This document shows positions 59,026 through 64,000 of a stretch of DNA of 64,000 nt, piece by piece; positions within the stretch are counted from its first letter, which is position 1; every line of letters starts with the position of its first letter. The translations under genes and the position numbers were made by a program. The stretch comes from Ruditapes philippinarum (Eukaryota): NCBI RefSeq assembly GCF_026571515.1, contig NW_026857874.1:1-64000 (forward strand), given 5' to 3'. The notes beneath the pieces are model-generated. The model made no database searches, had not been told where the DNA came from, and saw only the letters and a list, made by a program, of their open reading frames with translations.

Positions 59026-61683
59026 CTAGCTAAGTCAAGTCTATTGATTCTATAGATAATTCAAGTCAAAAGATTCTAGCTAAGTAAAGTCTATTGATTC
59101 TAGATAATTCAAGTCAAAAGATTCTAGCTAAGTCAAGTCTATTGATTCTATAGATAATTCAAGTCAAAAGATTCTAGCTAAGTCAAGTCTATTGATTCTA
59201 TAGATAATTCAAGTCAAAAGATTCTAACTAAGTCAAGTCTATTGATTCTATAGATAATTCAAGTCAAAAGAGTCTAGCTAAGTCAAGTCTATTGATTCTA
59301 TAGATAATTCAAGTCAAAAGATTCTAGCTTAGTCAAGTCTATTGATTCTAGATAATTCAAGTCAAAAGATTCTAGCTAAGTCAAGTCTATTGATTCTATA
59401 GATAATTCAAGTCAAAAGATTCTAGCTAAGTCAAGTCTATTGATTCTATAGATAATTCAAGTCAAAAGATTCTAACTAAGTCAAGTCTATTGATTCTATA
59501 GATAATTCAAGTCAAAAGAGTCTAGCTAAGTCAAGTCTATTGATTCTATAGATAATTCAAGTCAAAAGATTCTAGCTTAGTCAAGTCTATTGATTCTAGA
59601 TAATTCAAGTCAAAAGATTCTAGCTAAGTCAAGTCTATTGATTCTATAGATAATTCAAGTCAAAAGAGTCTAGCTAAGTCAAGTCTATTGATTCTATAGA
59701 TAATTCAAGTCCAAAGATTCTAGCTAAGTAAAGTCTATTGATTCTAGATAATTCAAGTCAAAAGATTCTAGCTAAGTCAAGTCTATTGATTCTAGATAAT
59801 TCAAGTCAAAAGATTCTAGCTAAGTCAAGTCTATTGATTCTATAGATAATTCAAGTCAAAAGATTCTAGCTAAGTCAAGTCTATTGATTCTAGATAATTC
59901 AAGTCCAAAGATTCTAGCTAAGTAAAGTCTATTGATTCTAGATAATTCAAGTCAAAAGATTCTAGCTAAGTCAAGTCTATTGATTCTAGATAATTCAAGT
60001 CAAAAGATTCTAGCTAAGTCAAGTCTATTGATTCTATAGATAATTCAAGGCAAAAGATTCTAGCTAAGTCAAGTCTATTGATTCTATAGATAATTCAAGT
60101 CAAAAGATTCTAGCTAAGTCAAGTCTATTGATTCTATAGATAATTCAAGTCAAAAGATTCTAGCTAAGTCAAGTCTATTGATTCTAGATAATTCAAGTCA
60201 AAAGATTCTAGCTAAGTCAAGTCTATTGATTCTATAGATAATTCAAGTCAAAAGATTCTAGCTAAGTCAAGTCTATTGATTCTATAGATAATTCAAGTCA
60301 AAAGATTCTAGCTAAGTCAAGTCTATTGATTCTATAGATAATTCAAGTCAAAAGATTCTAGCTAAGTCAAGTCTATTGATTCTAGATAATTCAAGTCAAA
60401 AGATTCTATAGCTAAGTCAAGTCTATTGATTCTATAGATAATTCAAGTCAAAAGATTCTATAGCTAAGTCAAGTCTATTGATTCTAGATAATTCAAGTCA
60501 AAAGATTCTATAGCTAAGTCAAGTCTATTGATTCTAGATAATTCAAGTCAAAAGATTCTAGCTAAGTCAAGTCTATTGATTCTAGATAATTCAAGTCAAA
60601 AGATTCTAGCTAAGTCAAGTCTATTGATTCTATAGATAATTCAAGTCAATAGATTCTAGCTAAGTCAAGTCTATTGATTCTAGATAATTCAAGTCAATAG
60701 ATTCTAGCTAAGTCAAGTCTATTGATTTTAGATAATTCAAGTCAAAAGAGTCTAGCTAAGTCAAGTCTATTGATTCTATAGATAATTCAAGTCAAAAGAT
60801 TCTAGCTTAGTCAAGTCTATTGATTCTATAGATAATTCAAGTCAATAGATTCTAGCTAAGTCAAGTCTATTGATTCTAGATAATTCAAGTCAATAGATTC
60901 TAGCTAAGTCAAGTCTATTGATTTTAGATAATTCAAGTCAAAAGATTCAAGCTAAGTCAAGTCTATTGATTCTAGATAATTCAAGTCAAAAGATTCTAGC
61001 TAAGTTAAGTCTATTGATTCTAGATAATTCAAGTCAAAAGATTCTAGCTAAGTCAAGTCTATTGATTCTAGATAATTCAAGTCAAAAGATTCTAGCTAAG
61101 ACAAGTCAAAAGATTCTAGCTAAGTCAAGTCTAAAGATTCTATCTAAGTCAAGTCAAAAGATTCTAGCTAAGTCAAGTCAAAAGATTTTAGCTAAGTCAA
61201 GTCTAAAGATTCTATCTAAGTCAAGTCAAAAGATTCTAGCTAAGTCAAGTCTAAATATTCTAGCTAAGTCAAGTCAAAAGATTCTAGCTAAGTCAAGTCT
61301 TAATATTCTAGCAAAGTCAAGTCTAAATATTCTAGCTAAGTCAAGTCTAAATATTCTAGCTTAGCTAAGTCAAGTCTTAATATTCTAGCTAAGTCAAGTC
61401 TAAATATTCTAGCTAAGTCAAGTCTAAATATTCTAGCTTAGTCAAGTCAAAAGATTCTAGCTAAGTCAAGTCAAAATATTCTAGCTTAGCTAAGTCAAGT
61501 CTTAATATTCTAGCTAAGTCAAGTCTAAGTATTCTAGCTAAGTCAAGTTTAAATATTCTAGCAAAGTCAAGTCTAAATATTCTAGCTAAGTTAAGTCTAA
61601 ATATTCTACCTAAATCAAGTCTAAATATTATAGCTAAATCAAGTCTTAAGATTCTAGCTAAGTCAAGTCTAAATATTCTAGCT
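59026..61683. repeat. Satellite array: 48/50-bp dimeric units grading into 24-bp monomers
   Basis: CTAGCTAAGTCAAGTCTATTGATT plus CTA(TA)GATAATTCAAGTCAAAAGATT, repeated about 40 times to ~61090, then CTAGCTAAGTCAAGTC(A/T)AA(A/T)(G/T)ATT-type monomers. Confidence 0.97.
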
Positions 61684-62085
61684 GATTCAAAAGTCATAAA
61701 TTTTATGTATTACTCATGATGGAATAACCAATATGAAAATATAATGTTGTTTAATACTGTAAAAGGAATTATGTAGACCTATTTTATTTCTATCATATGA
61801 AATTCTCATAAATGAATAGAAAATAATTGTAAGAAAAACGCACCAAAAATAAGAAGTGTGGGCCCAGTGGTCGAAATTTTTGACTACCAATATAAGACTT
61901 TTTTTATTTTCTTGAAATATTTTGGCTCATCTGGAGGCGTGCAGCTTTATAAACGTGTAAGAATAAAACAATTAAACATCGTATAACTTTGTATATTTCT
62001 ATACGCTCTGCTAAAAGATTAAAACAAAAAATAATGTTACAAAACCGCTTATATTTGTCCAGATACCAACCAAACCGTATTCATT

Positions 62086-62322
62086 TGAGCCGCGTCACGA
62101 CAAAACCAACGTAATGGGTTTGCGACCAGCATTGATCCGGACCAGCCTGCGCATCCGCGCAGTCTGATCAGGATCCATGCTGTTCGCTTACCAACTCTAT
62201 TACAAGTAGAGAAACTGATAGCGAACAGCATGGATCCCGATCAGACTGCGCGAATGCGCAGGCTGGTCTGGATCCATGCTGGTCGCAAACGCACTATGTT
62301 GGTTTTGTCGTGACGCGGCTCA
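62086..62322. mobile_element. Foldback MITE with ~100-bp inverted arms
   Basis: TGAGCCGCGTCACGACAAAACCAAC...CATGCTGTTCGCT pairs with AGCGAACAGCATG...GTTGGTTTTGTCGTGACGCGGCTCA around a ~30-bp spacer. Confidence 0.88.
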
Positions 62323-64000
62323 TTTATATTTAACACATCTTATAAGGAATTCCAATTATTTCTGATGAAAATTACAAAGTCTTATAAATTTTAATTCTTC
62401 TACGCGTTAATTAAAGCGATAATCCTATGTCGAAAAATATTAAAAATGTTAATTTTCTGTTTGTAACCCAACAACAAAACGCTAACAACAACAAAACCAA
62501 AGCGAACCAATGGATTCTTCACTAACACAATTTAAGGATAAAAAAATCTTAGGATTTTTATCTTCGCCTTTTTTCAAACGCAATAAAATGACTTTTTATT
62601 TCTGGACAATTGATGCAACATCCCAAAAGCTGACATTCGAAAATAAAATTATCTTAAATTTTACCATTATAACCAGGCGTTGCACTGTTTGCAAAACTTA
62701 CAAATCTTCATCAAAGTCGATGCTTAATTGTTAACTAAAATAGTGTTTAACGGTTGGGTGAAGTACTAGTAAGTTGCTATACAGAAACATCACTGTAACA
62801 TTATTGCTATTATTATAGTTTAAAGTTTATTTTCGTTGTACAGTCCAATTAAATTCTATTTTTAGCATTTTGCCATTGATACAGTCGGAATACCGACACG
62901 ATTTTTCAATCTTATAATGAAATTTACAATAAGTTTACGTAATTGTTGGTTGAAAACCATATATGACCGAAATCAAACACTTTTGTGGTATTTATGTCAA
63001 TAATACATGATTATTTATTTATCCGCTTGTCGGTCACGCCGCCGAACAGGTAAAAAAATTAAAACGTGCTTACACAACGCCCACTTAAGAACTCTTGACA
63101 AAAAGATTGACTACCCACACTTTATTTTTAATATTAAAATCGTGTTGGTACTATTATTTTAATTTTTCGACAATCACGCAGACATATGTTTAATTTATAC
63201 CCCGCCGCATGTTAGTTAAACCAGGCACAACATAGACTATGGTGCAAACAGTTTTTAAGCAAGCATCTATTTAACATAATATGAAAAATCGTTGAAGGTT
63301 GGCATATACAAAGCTGTATGATTTATTTAAATGACATACCATCGCTACCTTTAAAAAAATGTTATTCGCAGGGTACATTAAAGGTTCACAAGATAATGCA
63401 CCGAGTACGTAACACAATTGGCTAAGTGAAAAACATTAATGCCATTATCAGTTACAACAGGTGACATTCCCCGTCCGTCCCTATGCTTATCGAGCCAACC
63501 GATGCTTTATTCGCGCAAAAGGTCCTTCGTTTTGAACACATCGCCAATTATTTATACGTAGAGCGACAGAAATAGCCAAAAAAAAATGCAATTGTTGGAG
63601 GAAAGGGGCGAAAATTAGTGTTGGGATACACGCTTTACTTATTGAGTGAAAAAAAAAAAGAAAAAAAAAAGAACAAAAGCAAACGTTGTAGGTTTATCAA
63701 AAGATGAGTTTAAAATGCATTATCAATTTTATGCATGTATGCATGATCGGTATCATTTAACTGTTAAACATGTATGTATTTATAAACAATCGACCAGATC
63801 GTTTTATTTTAAGCAAAATTCACAACATAAAGGGACTTCACTGAGGTTTTTTGGCATGACAGGATTTTTACAATATTTGATATAGGTCTACTGTATACTA
63901 AAAACGTGTGCAAAAAAAATCAGACCTTTCACAGATATCATTTTTCCCAGAAAAACCATGTTTATTGCACAAATTGACGTAAATTGAAGAGCAATAAATC

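Noticed and set aside
59026-61683. CRISPR-like regular repeats
   Set aside because: There are no unique spacers and no cas genes, and the context is eukaryotic. It is a tandem satellite.
60918-61697. ORFs of 148 aa and 78 aa with ILAKSS/LDLARI repeats
   Set aside because: They are by-products of satellite units whose lengths are multiples of three.

Overview
AT-rich, intron-containing animal genomic DNA. The repeat families and an intronless HSPA12 point to a bivalve mollusc (inference). Six protein-coding genes could be assembled by hand from GT-AG exons: the 3' part of IQCH (+, ~4.0-15.0 kb), SPG21/maspardin (-, 22.6-30.5 kb), a CIMAP1/ODF3-like SHIPPO-repeat gene (+, 33.6-40.0 kb), an intronless HSPA12 (-, 40.8-42.6 kb), CKS1 (-, 49.1-54.3 kb) and a divergent fucosyltransferase-like gene (+, 54.5-57.6 kb). 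SPG21/CIMAP1 and CKS1/fucosyltransferase-like each form a head-to-head pair across about 200-250 bp. The introns hold four LINE fragments (one with an intact 654-aa RT ORF), tRNA-derived SINEs, Helentron-type non-autonomous elements (HINEs) with internal tandem arrays, and many MITEs (piggyBac-, Kolobok-, hAT- and MULE-like, several nested). A 2.7-kb 24/48-bp satellite lies near the right end. The most notable observations are three CAG-terminated MITEs with exact 6-bp TSDs, a scrambled IQ-motif exon of IQCH, a fucosyltransferase-like protein lacking the catalytic motifs, and probable ancient linkage of the gene set. I found no convincing wholly new multi-gene system. All family assignments rest on recalled motifs, with no database search.
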